Shown in pieces: positions 1-13,211 of a stretch of 64,000 bases of DNA. Under the pieces are notes generated by a model. That model did not search any database, had not been told where the DNA came from, and saw only the letters and a program-made list of their open reading frames with translations. Location of the stretch: positions 15,809,360 to 15,873,359 of the forward strand of contig NC_043019.1 in assembly GCF_006345805.1 (NCBI RefSeq). Direction: 5' to 3'. Origin of the DNA: Octopus sinensis. Its lineage: Eukaryota. Every line of letters begins with the position of its first letter. The first letter of the stretch is position 1. Both the position numbers and the translations under genes were made by a program.

Positions 1-111
1 CAAAATAAAACTTTCCAGAAACCAAAATAAAAATAAAAGTTTTAAGAATGAATAATTTGGTTCAAAAATTGAGGAAGAGAACGTGTGTGTGTATGTGCAT
101 AGATATACCCC

Positions 112-147
<36 letters not shown>

Positions 148-149
148 GT

Positions 150-385
150 GAAGATGCATGGTTAGGGTGTTGCATTGTGTTCTAGAGCAAAGCAATTCCT
201 TTCACGTTCCTCTGCGATCATTTCATCATCTGACATGTGGCCCATGGTGCACCTGTACAGGTAATGACAATTTGATGGCAAGAGTGAGCTTATGTGAACA
301 CAAACATTTCATCACTACAAACAAATCACGTGAGGTTGTTTGGCAAGAAATAACCAAACCTTCATATGTCATCTAACAATGGAAG
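150..385 (+). mobile_element. SINE-like family D fragment
   Basis: gtgttctagagcaaagca...atctgacatgtggcccatggtgcacctgtacaggtaat is related in reverse complement to 11830-12140. Similar heads at ~22.7, 26.2 and 30.8 kb. Confidence 0.6.
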
Positions 386-1896
386 AGTCCATGATATGCA
401 AGGGTATAGCTATATAGAAGCATGTATGTATGTAATAATTAGCTTGAACTGGTCTGTAGTTGTATGAGTGTGTGTGTGTGTGCATGTGTACTTTCTGTTC
501 CATACAGGTAAAGTCAGGTGACTAGGCCATAATCCTCAGCTCTCAGTAACAAAGTGTGGTGGCTGTCACCCCTTGTCTAAACTAAAAGACAAGATTAACT
601 TGCTGGGCTCATAGAAATCTTACATTTTATACATTTTCTTAACAATGAGCCAAACTATCTGTTTTGAGGCCTCTGAAAAATTAGATAACTGATTGTGCTA
701 GTAACTACATAATAAATATTAGTCTTTCCTCCTCACTTTTATTGCCTTTCTCTCATGGTCCATTATCATCTTTTGTCTACAAACACTCATCCTCTCTCCC
801 ACTTCATTGCTGTCTGCCAACAATAAGAATAACAATCGGAGATAGGACAAGTCACTTCCCTTTGAAAGTGTAACATCTAAAGACATTGTGATTATCAATA
901 TTACAATAATGTTTCAAATTAAGGCATATGGGAAAGAGAGGGGCTAGTTGATTAAATTGACCCCAGCAATTGACAGGTACTTTATAATAATTTATAATTA
1001 TCATCTGTATTTCCAAAAACACTAACTGACCCCACTTCTAAAAATAAGATCCCTATTTTCAAAACACTAGCTGATGCTATTTTGAAAAATATCAGTTATC
1101 CCCATTTCCAAAATGCTTGTTGACCTGACCCAATTTCTGAAAAAGATATTTATCCCTATTTCCAAATCGCTAGCTGACCATTTTCTGTTTCTAAAATGCT
1201 GTTTGACTCAACTGCCAAAATATTGACCCAATTTCTACATAAGAGGAAGTGCTAGTTGATCCAAGCTGCTGCTATAAATTTATCCAAGGGGGCAGGAAAA
1301 AAAAAAGACAATATCAAGCCATGCCACTGCCCTTTACATGTTTATCAAGCCCTAGTGTCAATACACTTTTTGGGGAAATTAGGGATAAGCTTCCTGATCT
1401 TTCGACAGTATTTCTTCAACAACATGCAGTAGTGACCACATTGGCTTCCATCATCATCATCATCATCGTCATCATCACCACCATCTTTAGTCCGAGCTGC
1501 AATAGAAATAGAAGGATGATTTATAAATATGGAATAAGTGGAGTAAGGATAATGAATAAAGAGTGAGGATAATGAATGTTGAGTGGGGATAGGGAATGGC
1601 AAGGGTGGATAGTGAATAATCAATCACTACTTATTGAAAGGATTGTTAAGAGTTTAGAAATTTTTTAGTGACCAAAAGGGAGGGGCTCATTCTATGGGCC
1701 CTTCCAAGCCAAGTCCATTTTCCATGCTGGCATGGGTTGGACAATTTGACAAGATCTGACAAGCCACAGAGGTGCATTGAGCTCCAATGTTAGCTTTGAC
1801 ATGGTTTGTATGGCTGGATGCTCTTCTTAATACCAACCATTAAACGGTGTGTACAGAATACTTTTTTATGTTGAGATACACAGCCTTAGTTTCAAA

Positions 1897-2300
1897 TCAT
1901 CATCATCATCATCATCATCGTTTAACGTCCGTTCTCCATGCTAGCATGGGTTGGACGGTTCGACCAGGGTTCTGGGAAGCCAGAAGGCTGCACCAGGCTC
2001 CAGTCTAATCTGGCAATGTTTCTACAGCTGGATGCCCTTCCTAACGCCAACCACTCCGTGAGTGTAGTGGGTGCTTTTTACATGCCACCTGCACAGGTGC
2101 CAGGCGGGGCTGGCAACGGCCACGGTCAGATTGGTGTATTTTATGTGCCACCGGCACGGAAGCCAGTCGAGGCGGTGCTGGCATCGGCCACGAGTCGGAT
2201 AGTGCTTTTTACGTACCACCAGACCAGGGATCCTGGCTGGTTCAATTCGATTTCGATTTCGCTTGCCCCAACATGTCTTCACAAGCAAAGGGGGTTGGCA
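1897..2300 (-). mobile_element. (GAT)n-tailed repeat, LINE 3'-end-related family C
   Basis: (CAT)n then cgtttaacgtccgttctccatgctagcatgggttgg...ggatgcccttcctaacgccaacc, with internal ~65-bp tandem units. Nearly identical to 58267-58521; decayed copies at ~1.7, 5.3, 7.1, 39.6, 55.4 and 63.5 kb. Confidence 0.8.
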
Positions 2301-5300
2301 AGCTTTGAAAATAAAGAATGTATTTAAATAACTGCTGGCATTTAGAATATATAATTAACATGAAATTATGATGGAAGGTTTTATTTAGATTACTTCGAAA
2401 CAAGGGTGGTTTCTGGTGGGTTGGTATTGAAATGATTAAGGGGGTTATAGTTTATAGTGGGGCATTGCTCGTGTTGGGTTGGGCAGAAGTAACATTTTCT
2501 TGTTATGTACCATAATTGTGTTTTTTGTGCTGATTAAAAAAATAAAATTATCATGGTGTTTTTGAGGTGTTTGCCATGAAGTCAGAACAGGTTTGGTGGT
2601 GGTGGGGAAAGGGGACTCAAGGTTGTAAGTAGATGATGATGGATGGGGAAAAATAGGGAGAAAAGCAGAATGGCATCATCTGTGTATAAGAGTGGGTGTT
2701 CTTGAATATTAAATGACTAAAGTTTATTTACTGACTCGTAAGGTTATTTAAGATGAAGATAATGAATGGGTAATGAAGGTATTTAATGGTCAAAAAAGAT
2801 AACAAAAGGTCAGTGTGTGTGTGAGAGAAAGAGGTGAGAGGTAGATGTGGTGGTGAAGAGAAAATTGGGTGATGACACAGTAGGTACTGGCCTGAATGCT
2901 GGGTGGAGGGTAGGTTATTAGTGACTTCAATATACAAAGAGCAACAAGAAAAAGTAAGGTCCATGGGAATATCAGTATTAACAACAGTAGGATCGGGTTT
3001 AGGGTTTAATAAAGCCCATAATGAACAGTGTTAATCTTAGTGGTGTTGGGTGTTGTTGAGTAGTGTTTAATCAACGATGGGAAAACAAACTTGAAATACA
3101 AAAACTGACAGTCACAAACGTGCAATGCAAAAAGTAAACCACCGTAGATTTGCAGCACAAGAAACAGTCTTGGACTTGTAGCACACACACAAAAAAATTC
3201 AGTCACAGATATGTAACACAAGGGACAGACAGTTAGAGATTTAATGAAAGCAGCAAACTTCTTAACTTTTTAGCATTCAGATTTTGCCTTTCAAACCTAT
3301 CCAACAATACCATTCTAAAAATAGACAGTCACATCATTATTTATCTCAAAGCTATGAGATAATGCATAATTAATTCAAAAGATAAGCATTATATTTGATA
3401 GAATTATCCAACTGCTAATTAATGGGTTGATGAATGTTGAACCATCAGGATACACCAATTGGCTGCACATGCACAACTTCAGCAATAGGTACAGAAGTAG
3501 GTGCCAGAAGTGGGGTACAGTCTATGTACCTGTAAATAGGTACCATTTAGCTATAGACAGTAGCAGTACGGGTAATTGGTGAGTGTTTAACCAAAAAAAA
3601 AAATGGATAGTTATCACCAAGTCCAAATCCTTCTCGAAGGAAGAAGGCTAGTCACTGCAGAATGGTATCCTATTCAAAGTGAAAATGTAAACAACTGCTT
3701 CTCAAACAAAACAAACACATAAACAAACCAAGGGAAAAAAACCCACAAAAGCAAAACAAAACCAAAAAAAAAGAAACATTGTGTTATTATCAGCTGATCA
3801 CACCAATGTTTTGATGGTGAAATAGCCTACCCAAATAGTCTTTGAAAAACCTGCCACACAGATGACATAGCATCTCATTTTGGATTGTCGGGCCACGGAA
3901 GCTATTCAGACAGACAGCTGGAAGAAGAGCAGAAAACAGGAAAGCCCGATTAAGAGAGAGAGAGACAGAAAGAGACAGGGGGAGAGGAAGAGAGAACGTG
4001 AGAGAGACAGTGAGAGGAAGAATCAATGCTGAAATGGTAAAAAAAAAAAAAAAAAAAAAAAAAACTGGCAGAATATGTAGTAGTTTCTACTAAGGAATGG
4101 AAACACAGCTCTATAGAATGTAGAATTAGGGAGACAGGCAAACGGGGGAGGGGGAGAGAGAGAGAGAAAAAAAGAGAGAAAAGCAGAGGTAAGTAGATAG
4201 GTAGGTCATTAGATTGGTATGTAGGTAGGTAGGTAGGTATGCAGAGACAGACAGACAGACAGCTGAGAGATAAATAGGGAGAGAGAGAGAGAGAGAGAGA
4301 GGGGCATGAATTCATTGACAGAAAGACAGACCAAGACAAAAATGAATGACTACTACCAAGAAATAAACCAGTTTCTATATTTAACAAAAAGATTAGAATT
4401 TAATACAATCCAATGGAAATAAATCTTCAAAAAGCTATATATATATAAAAAAATAAGCATAATAAAGAATAAAACACTAAGAAAATATGAAATATTAACA
4501 AAAACTAATTATACATTTCTCAATTAATTGTCAAAAACCTCAAATCTAACAGAACTGTTAAATTCGTTAAGATGAATTACCTTGGGATAAAAAACCTTCT
4601 TAATTAGGAATTATTTTCCCCAATATTTTCCAGAAGCTAGAAGGCCAATAAGACATATAAACAATGAAAATCATGTTGGCACAACAAAACCCACAAGTGG
4701 CTGCCTGTGTGTGGCCAAAGGAGTTCATTGGTGATCAGAGAAAGCACAAGAAGAAGCCAAAAGGATTAAACACAAACCAAAGAGAAATTAAGAAAGCCAG
4801 GAAGTCTTACTGGACAAACAGATGTTAGTTCCATTCAACACCAACCATTAATGGATGTAAAACTGAGAAGGGGATAAAACAGAAATCAAAGCCATGCTGG
4901 TCCCAGAATCAGATATCAATACAAATAAATGCAGTTAATGGAGATATTTGGGGGCAAAGAAGATTTAACAAGAACTTGTTAAGGTAATATTTCGGGGTTA
5001 ATAATTTTATAAGACTGGTCATGAAGTTAATAGCAATAGTAGTGGTGGGGGTTTAGGAGACAAAAAAAAAAAAAAAAACACCAGTACAAAACAAAAGCAT
5101 AAGTTCTTGGCATCACTGTTGGCTTTAAACAACTCAATAGCCATTCCAGAGAGTGATTTATTAAGATTATAATGACAGACTAGACAAGTGAGACGGGAGA
5201 AGAGGGTAAGTATTGGTTAATTTGAGAATATGTTTCCTCATGTGATAAACTATTTGAAGAATCCAGTGCATCAGTGTTCAATGGCCATTTCCATGCTGGC

Positions 5301-8053
5301 ATAGGTTGGACAGTTTGACAGGACCCATCAAGGCACAGGGCTGCAATGAGCCCCAATGTCAGCTTTGGCATAGCGTCTACAGCAAGATGCCCTCCCTAAT
5401 GCCAACCACTTTACAGTACATATTGGGTGATTTATTATTATTATTATTATTCCACAGGTACTAGTAAAGTTGCCAAGTAGTTTGCAAAATAAGATGAGAA
5501 AAAAGGGAAACGGTTGGAGGGGGGGGGGGCACAATTAAATTAGCAGAGTATTTGAGAGGTGGAAGTGATGGGATGAAATAGCTGAGAGATTTTGTCACAT
5601 TACAGAAGAATATAATTTCCACTAATTTCTTAGAAATGAGACAATTTTATTAAATAAATAAAATGACAAACTTTCAACACTAACAGACAATTTGTTCACA
5701 AATTGTATGAACTAGGAGATAAGCACTCGATAAATTTAATACAGGTGGGTGACAGGAGATTGGTGGTAGTGGTTATAGTGATGGCAACAGTGCTTTTTGG
5801 TAGTGAGTGTGCTAAAAACTAAATTGAAGAGGGCAGGGAGAAGTGAATGAGAGGAGAAGGTGGAGGAATTGGTGATGGTGGTGATGACTGGAGAAAGTGA
5901 AATAAGTGAAAAATTTCCAGTTATACATACCTGAAGAATTGGTAAACTTCCTTATCCCTGTGTAGAGTCATTTATCTCTCTGCAAACCTTCAACTGGTGA
6001 GCTGGTCTGTCACTCCAGTTGGTATTAGAGGTGGGTTTACGTAGAGCTTTTTATATATATATCATATTTATAGTAGGGTTTTGTTGTGTATTTTTTTTTT
6101 GTTGAAGGAAGAGAGAGGGTTTACAACCAACAAAGGGAAAATGACAGCAAGAAAAAGAAAAGGGCAGAAAAGAAGGAGAGAGGAGGAGTCATCAAGAACT
6201 GAACGAGCCGAAGATGACTGGATATTCAACCTGTTTTGGTGATGGTAAGTTTTCACACTGGAGGCAGGTACAGAGAGAGAGAGAGAGAGAGAGAGATTAC
6301 ATTTACAAACATAATCAGATGCTCTCACACATGTGTGGAGAGAGAGAGGGGGGAGAGAGAAACATATGCAGATAATCAGGAGAGAGAGACATTACACATA
6401 CAAACAACCAGATGCTCACACACACACACACGTGTGAAAGAGAGAGAGAGAGAGAGAGAGAGGAGAGGATAAAACTGAGAAAGAAGTGTTATTCTTCATC
6501 AAGACTTGTGGAATAGAGACCACTTGCTGGGATAAAGGATTGTGTATAGTGATGTATAGTATAATATTTTATAAACATCGAGAGCAGGGATCAACTGATT
6601 CATAGTCGGCACTCCACACACCTAATTCTAGCTCCAAAACTGCAAATTCACAATCCCCCCAACATTGGTGTCATAGCTAGTAGTTCATACATCAAATTTT
6701 AATTTTATAACTACCAGCCTACACCCTGCATGACAAGAAGCTCGTTTCCCAATCACATAGCTTCGGGCTCACTCCAACTGCATAGTACTTTGGGCAAGTC
6801 TTCTACTGTAATCCCCGAACCAACCAAAGTTTGTAATGGATTTGGTAGACAGAAACTAAAGTTTGTCGTGTGTGTGTGTGTGCAAATGTCACTGTCTCCT
6901 TGTCTTGATATTACATGATAAATTGTAAACAAGTGTCACTCTCATGCAAGTGGTGTCCTTTGCTTCCAATCTTCCATGAAACATGTCTGGCCGGCCACAG
7001 GGAAATATTATTTTATTTTAAAAAAGGTGAAGGTTGCTGACAATGAAGGCATTTAGCCATATAAAATCCATCTTGACAATTCTACTAGACCCATGCAAGC
7101 ATGGAAAAGTGGACATTAAAATGACAATGACAATGTAAGGTGGATGGTGTTAGCAAGGGCATCCAACTGTAAAAACCCTGCCAAAGCAGACAGTGAAGCC
7201 TGGTGCAGTCTTCTGCCTAGCCAGCCCCCGTCATACCATCCAACTCATGCTAGGATGGAAAATGGATGTTAAATGAGGACTACAATACTCCACACTGTCT
7301 TAACAGCAGCTCAACATCTGATAGACACCCCTTGCTCATCATGGTTTTAATATCCAGTTTTCCATTTCCATGCTTTCATGGGTTGGACAGTTTAACAAGG
7401 CAGATTTTTTTTCACTCAGATCTCCTTTCTATCACCAACCTTTCACTGTTGTTCTAAGTGAGGTAATATTTCCTCATGGTTGGGCATGCTTTTGCAAAAT
7501 ATAGGAACTGAATGACACTGCTTATACGACAGTGACACTTATTTACGACAATCACACTATGTCAAGAGAAAGAGACACAAACATATACACACTCCTATAC
7601 ACATATGATCAGCCTCTTTTAGTTTCCTTCTACCAAATCTACTCACAAGGGTTTGGTTGGCCCAGGGCTATAGAAGAAAACATTTGCCCAAAGTGTTATG
7701 CAGTGGGACTGAACGTGAAACCATGTGATTGGGAAGCAAACTTCTTAACCACACAGCCATGCAATATATTAATGGCCTTATACTCCACAGTCAGCTGAAA
7801 GACTAAGACAACAGCAATGAAATCGTAATACAGAATAGCATTTGGTGTTATTCTGTCTTTTGCTTAGAAACTCATCAAATCCTAATTTATTCATCACTTA
7901 TTTTCTCAAATCAAATTTGTTAATTAAACAGGAAGGTAATAAAACTAACTACTTAGTTATGAAGAAGGCTGAGGAAAAATATATGTAACCTCCATTGTAT
8001 AAATACATACATGGAAAATTTAAACCATTTCTCTATAAACTGAAAAAATGATG

Positions 8054-8104
8054 AACAGCCTTAATCAAATTTTCGAACCATATTGACTTCTCATCAGAGG
8101 TGCC
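8054..8104 (-). ncRNA. Solitary type I hammerhead-like motif
   Basis: GGCACCU-CUGAUGA-GAA-GUCAAUAUGG-UUC-GAAA-AU-UUG-AUU-A-AGG(C)UGUU. Complete core, 3-bp helix II, 3-bp helix III, 7-bp helix I with one bulge, atypical UUA triplet. Confidence 0.5.
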
Positions 8105-11100
8105 TACATTATTTTGACCCATCCCAGATAAGCTACCTTTTATGACGAGTTGCAGTGCATGTGAGCATTCTACAATGACTTCATTATTATTACTACATAG
8201 TTTTAGCTTTGGCCCATGTATAAGTTGTAACCCAGTTTATTCAGCTAAAATGAAATATAAAATCAGGTGACTTGTACATGAGCAAAATATAATGTGTCTG
8301 GCCTGTATTACTTTACCTTTTCCATACTGAATTGACAACCCTGTTTTGAGTAAAACTGTAATTTTGTTAATATTTATCTTTGGATTAAATCAAGGAGCAA
8401 GCAGAGTGGGAAAGGCATGCAAAAAAGAAGAAAAAAAAAATTACAAGAGGAATTAGTCCGAGTAAAAAACAATCTCACTTGATGAAGAATGGAAGCACAA
8501 ATATGATTATGTAATTTTTCAATGGCGGTATGATTTGGTGGTTGGAAACCAAATATCAATTAAAATGAAACATGAAAAACAAAAAATTAAAAAATTCATT
8601 TAACAAAACTGAAGTTCTTTTGTTAGTAATCCGAAGCCATCAGTTTTGACAGGCAGAAAGGGTCACCAAAGCTAAAATATAAAATACCAAAGTGCTGGAG
8701 GAAAAAGAGAAACAAAACACCTCATTTGTTATGACCATATATGGACATAACAAATATAGGAGTTGATTTAATAAAATCTTATTGGTGGGTGTGGCTTATG
8801 TTTTTTTTTTTTATTCATAACTCTATGTAAAGTTGAAATTAGAAAAGTCTTAACCAGTCATTTTGTACATCCTAATTTGAAACTTTTGCAACTCATAGAC
8901 TTACGGAAAGAAAAGAGAAAAATATATCAACAAAAATTAGAAAATCTTGCTTTGATGTTTTCTGAGAGCTAAAGAAAAGTTTGTTTAGTTATAAAAAAAA
9001 TACAGGTGGTCAAAATGGAGTGAAACTAGTAGTCCTGGTGTAGCCATGCAAGAGAGATAAAACAGTTTATAAATCATTTCTGCAACAGCTGAAAAGAAAA
9101 GGCTAGATTATGGATTCACAATAATAATCCTTTCTGCTATAGGCACAAAGCCTGAAATTTGTGGGGAGGGGAATAGTTGATTACATCTACCCCAGTACAT
9201 AACTGGTACTTATTTCATCAACCCCAAAAGGACAAAAGGCAAAGTTGACCTCAGTAGAATTTGAACATGAAGATGGATGAGATACTGCTAAGCATTTCAC
9301 CCGGCAGGCTAACATGTCTGGAAGCTCATTGCCTTTGATTCACAATAATAATAATAATAATTACCATTGTTTTAATGTCTACTTTTTCGTGCTTCGATGG
9401 GTCAGACACAAGTACATTGAACCATACATCTATCATCGTTTTTATACTTCTTCCCCCTCATTTTGGTATGGATTGGACAAAACTAATTGAGGCAGAATTC
9501 TATGATCGGATGTCCTTCCTGTCACCAACCATTCTTATGATTTCAACTGAGATACGTTTTGTTTCTCTGGTCTGCACACAGAACTGCTGAGCTACACAAC
9601 AAATTGTTCATGGCAGATATAAAGCAAATGCATCATTGCTGAAATGGTACCAATGAGAAAATACATAGAAGCAGACAGGCACACACAACATGTGGGCTGA
9701 TGACTTACACCGACAAGAATTCCTTGTTCATGAGGTTGGGTCCAGTCCTTGACCCCCTATCATAAGGGGTGGTTCAGATGTTTTTCTAACCCACTTGAGC
9801 CAGGAAAGCACTTCCTGATACCTTAAATGTGATGCACATCTGTCTTGGGGCACCATAAGATCTGTTATTGCTTTGTTTCATGTGGCTTCCTCTACCAACT
9901 GTCCTCCTTAGAAGCATTGAAGTTGCTCACTGACTGACCCAGATATGGTGGCATGCCAACGCCGACTCCTGCAGGCTAACAATGGGTACCAGATGCTGGA
10001 CACGGTTGCAGCACCAGACATGAAGGAAAATAATAGGCAGCAGCAAATGACATGCCCAGCCTGAGTGCAAAGCTGCTAATAAAGCACTAACCAAGCATGC
10101 TAGTAAGGCTTCCAAACAGTTTTTATTCACCAAGTAGCAATTACGAGGCGTTGGTCAGTCAAAGGCTATAAAAGATATCCTGCATGTCAACATCCAGAGG
10201 CCAACAAAGGGAGCATCCAAGTGGTCACCTATATGCGCACACATCTGAAGGCAAAGCAACTTCCCTGATGCCACAATAATATATACCCAATTCCCTCTCT
10301 ATATAAAGTGAGAGGCTCTGAAGAAACCATTCTAAAACAATGTACGGTATAAACAAAATGTGGTCTTCAACTCATCCAGATGAGAGGTAAATTGACCGAG
10401 AGATAACTTGGTCAGTAATGACTCATCTGATCCATGCCAATATAGAAAAATAAATAATAAAATGATATATATAAACAATTTACTAAAATAGTGGTGTAAT
10501 AATAGAAAGGCAAGAAATTGCAGCAAATAATAACAGAACAAATACAAAAGAAAAATGTACAAATTAGAAGAAAAAATATAAAAAACAATTGTTGTTTGTA
10601 TGTTAAGTGGTTGAAAACAAAAGCAGGTCAAAAATAATGGTTCAAATGTTCAATTAATTTTTGTAATAGACTTTCCATAGATCACCTCTTTCTATGTCAC
10701 CTATAGCCCTCCTTTTGTTACACCTACCCTACAATGTCAACCTAAAAATAAGCAATCAGATCATCGAAATCTCAAAGCTATAAGATAGCACACGATTATT
10801 TTAAAACAATGTAAATAAATAAGCATTACATTTGATGGAGTAATCTGAATACTGATTGTTTAAAGACAGTCCATAGGAGTCAGGTAGGATGGGGTTACAA
10901 CGGATCAAACATCTGAGACCCCTCCTGATATCACATATTCTATCATCCAACACTCTTTTCAAATAACAATAAGCAGAGCCAAGCAGAGAGCCTCAGCATG
11001 GTTGTTTGACATGCAAGAAATAACAGGCAAATTTCCCTCTGAATCACACCCCATTATCTAAAACCTAAAAATGGTACTAGGTAATGTAGTCCTAGATACA

Positions 11101-11360
11101 TTAAGTAGAAATATAAAAAAAAATATAGGTTGGTCATGGCTGGAACAGTTTTGATCATAGACATGTTATACTGGAGATGAGCCCTGGACTAAGCAATTGC
11201 AACCATAACCAGTAATACTAACTATTAGACATCAGATAATGTAGTTCTGTATGGTTGAATAAATAAAAGACAGGATGGTCACGGCTGGAACATTTTTGAT
11301 CATGTTTCTGTTGGATCAAGTTCTGACCTGCAAGTAAAGAAAAACAACAAAGCTACTCAC

Positions 11361-11488
11361 CTCCTTCGTTGGTCCTGGCTATGGCTAGTTTACTAAATGG
11401 TCCTTTTTCATTTCCTGAGTGAGAACGGATCGAGAACTGGTATTCCGTATATGGTTGTAGTCCCTTAATGACAACAGTTGTCAAATTC
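11361..11488 (-). CDS. PRTG: Protogenin-like exon, second half of FN3-4 (last exon found in the window)
   Basis: tctctctattccAG ... G|GTGAGT. Encodes NLTTVVIKGLQPYTEYQFSIRSHSGNEKGPFSKLAIARTNEG (GLxPxTxYxFxIR). Phase 2 in, phase 1 out. Confidence 0.95.
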
Positions 11489-12946
11489 CTGGAATAGAGA
11501 GAATCACACATATACCCAATGTACCAAATACTGACAACCCAATCCAATATATACTGACCACCCCATTTAAATAGTCCATTAGACTATTTAAAAAGATATT
11601 GCAAGCAGCTGAAGAGAGAAAGGTGATCAAGATCTCATTCATTTAAATATATATATATATATATAAAATCAAAATAAGCAACAAGGATATCCAAGGTAGA
11701 GTTTCATGTTACTTCATTTTATTATCCTTGTTGCTTATTTTGATTATAATCATCCCATTTGATTTATATGGATAATACCATACAAAATTCTGGTGCCTTT
11801 AACTTAAGTACCATATTCTTCTGAATCTACGTTTTGCTGAACTCTTCCATCATTAGATGACATATGAGGGTTCGACAATTTCTTACCGAACAACCACACA
11901 GATGATTTGTTTATAGGGATCAAACGTTTTGAGTAGACATAAGCTCACTCCCTCCATCAAATCAACATTACCTGTATAGGTGCAACTGGGTGCCACATGT
12001 CAGATGCTGAAATGATCACAGAGCAATGTAAAATGAAGTACTTTGACCAAGAACACAATGCAATGCCCAGTCTGAGAATTGAACCCACAATCTCGCAATC
12101 GTGAGTGCAGCATCCTAACCACTAAACCATGTACCTTCACGTGTGTGTGTGTATGTGTTCCTCAATGAAAGAATACAGTCACTAAAAAGATAAACAGGGT
12201 CAGTACTTACAATCCAAAGTGTGCACCGGACAAAATTTGAACTTGAAATAACAAGGGACTAAACTGGACATAGTAAAGCATGTAACATCCTTCTAAAGGT
12301 ATCAGCTTACTAGTGACCATGGCCAAGGTTATAATAGGGTACTATTTATCATCCAACTCACACAAACAGAAACACCCTAACCTTCAGAAACAACAATAAT
12401 GCCGGGTTGTGTGGTTAAGAAGCCCACTTTGTAACCAAATGATTTCAAGTTCAGTCCTGCAGCATGGCACCTTGGGCAAGTGTCTTCTAAGCTGACTCTT
12501 GTGAGTAATTTGTTAACTGGAAACTTTGTGGAAGCTACACGTATGCATGCATGTTAGTCTCCTCCATTGCTTGACAACAGTTTGTTAATGCACTCATAAC
12601 TTAACAGTTCAGCTAAAGAGACCCAATAGTGTAAGTATCAGATTAAAAAAAAGTACTGGGGCCAATTTGTTTGTCTAAACCCTTCACAGTGGTGCCCCAG
12701 GATGGCCACAGTCCAATGACTGAAACAAATAATAGATAAATCCAAAGCCCATGTCAGTTAAGATTTGAACTAGAAATTGCAAGACATCAAAATGGACACA
12801 GTAAAACAAGTAGCATTCTTCTAAAAGTGTTAGCTTACCTTAGACAAGGCCATATTACAGCAATATTTAGCTCCCAATGCAAACACATTAACACTCAACC
12901 TATGCTGTCGAAAATAAATAAATAAAAATCCAAACCTTTGACTTAC

Positions 12947-13211
12947 GTTTTAAAAGTATTTTCATTGCCGCCATTGGTAGAAGATATCGGACTCCACCTG
13001 ACTGTGTAGGTTATGTTGGCACCAGCTGCAGCCAAGACTGGCGGGTCCCACGTAAGGTTTACAGCAAACGGTGAGATAGGCCTAGCAATGACCATTTGGG
13101 GAGCTTGGGGGACATTGGCCTGGGTGCTGGTCTGGAAGACTCGAGTCATCTGGATTGAGGCTGCTTCTTTGCTTGATGCACTGACAGACACTTGGTAATA
13201 GGTGTTGTTCT
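12947..13211 (-). CDS. PRTG: Protogenin-like exon, end of FN3-3 and first half of FN3-4
   Basis: cttctgttacAG ... AC|GTAAGT. Encodes ENNTYYQVSVSASSKEAASIQMTRVFQTSTQANVPQAPQMVIARPISPFAVNLTWDPPVLAAAGANITYTVRWSPISSTNGGNENTFK(T). Phase 1 in, phase 2 out. Confidence 0.94.

Noticed and set aside
1938-2327. 129 aa ORF that recurs at 58304-58555
   Set aside because: Both lie in copies of the same (GAT)n-tailed repeat; no domain signature.
6019-6242. Plus-strand TM-like stretch (RRAFYIYIIFIVGFCCVFFF) apparently followed by a basic tail ending EDDWIFNLFW
   Set aside because: Not one frame: TGA at 6103-6105 interrupts it. The hydrophobicity comes from (TA)n and poly-T.
9697-9720. Other CUGANGA occurrences (9697, 5931, 11611, 18321, 34183, 41242, 50317, 54688)
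   Set aside because: None is followed by a helix II plus GAAA and a UH site, so they are not hammerheads.
9660-9760. Minus-strand PHEQGILVG|GTAAGT resembling the start of a TM segment
   Set aside because: No usable acceptor or open frame upstream; lies in a decayed repeat-like block (9.6-10.25 kb).
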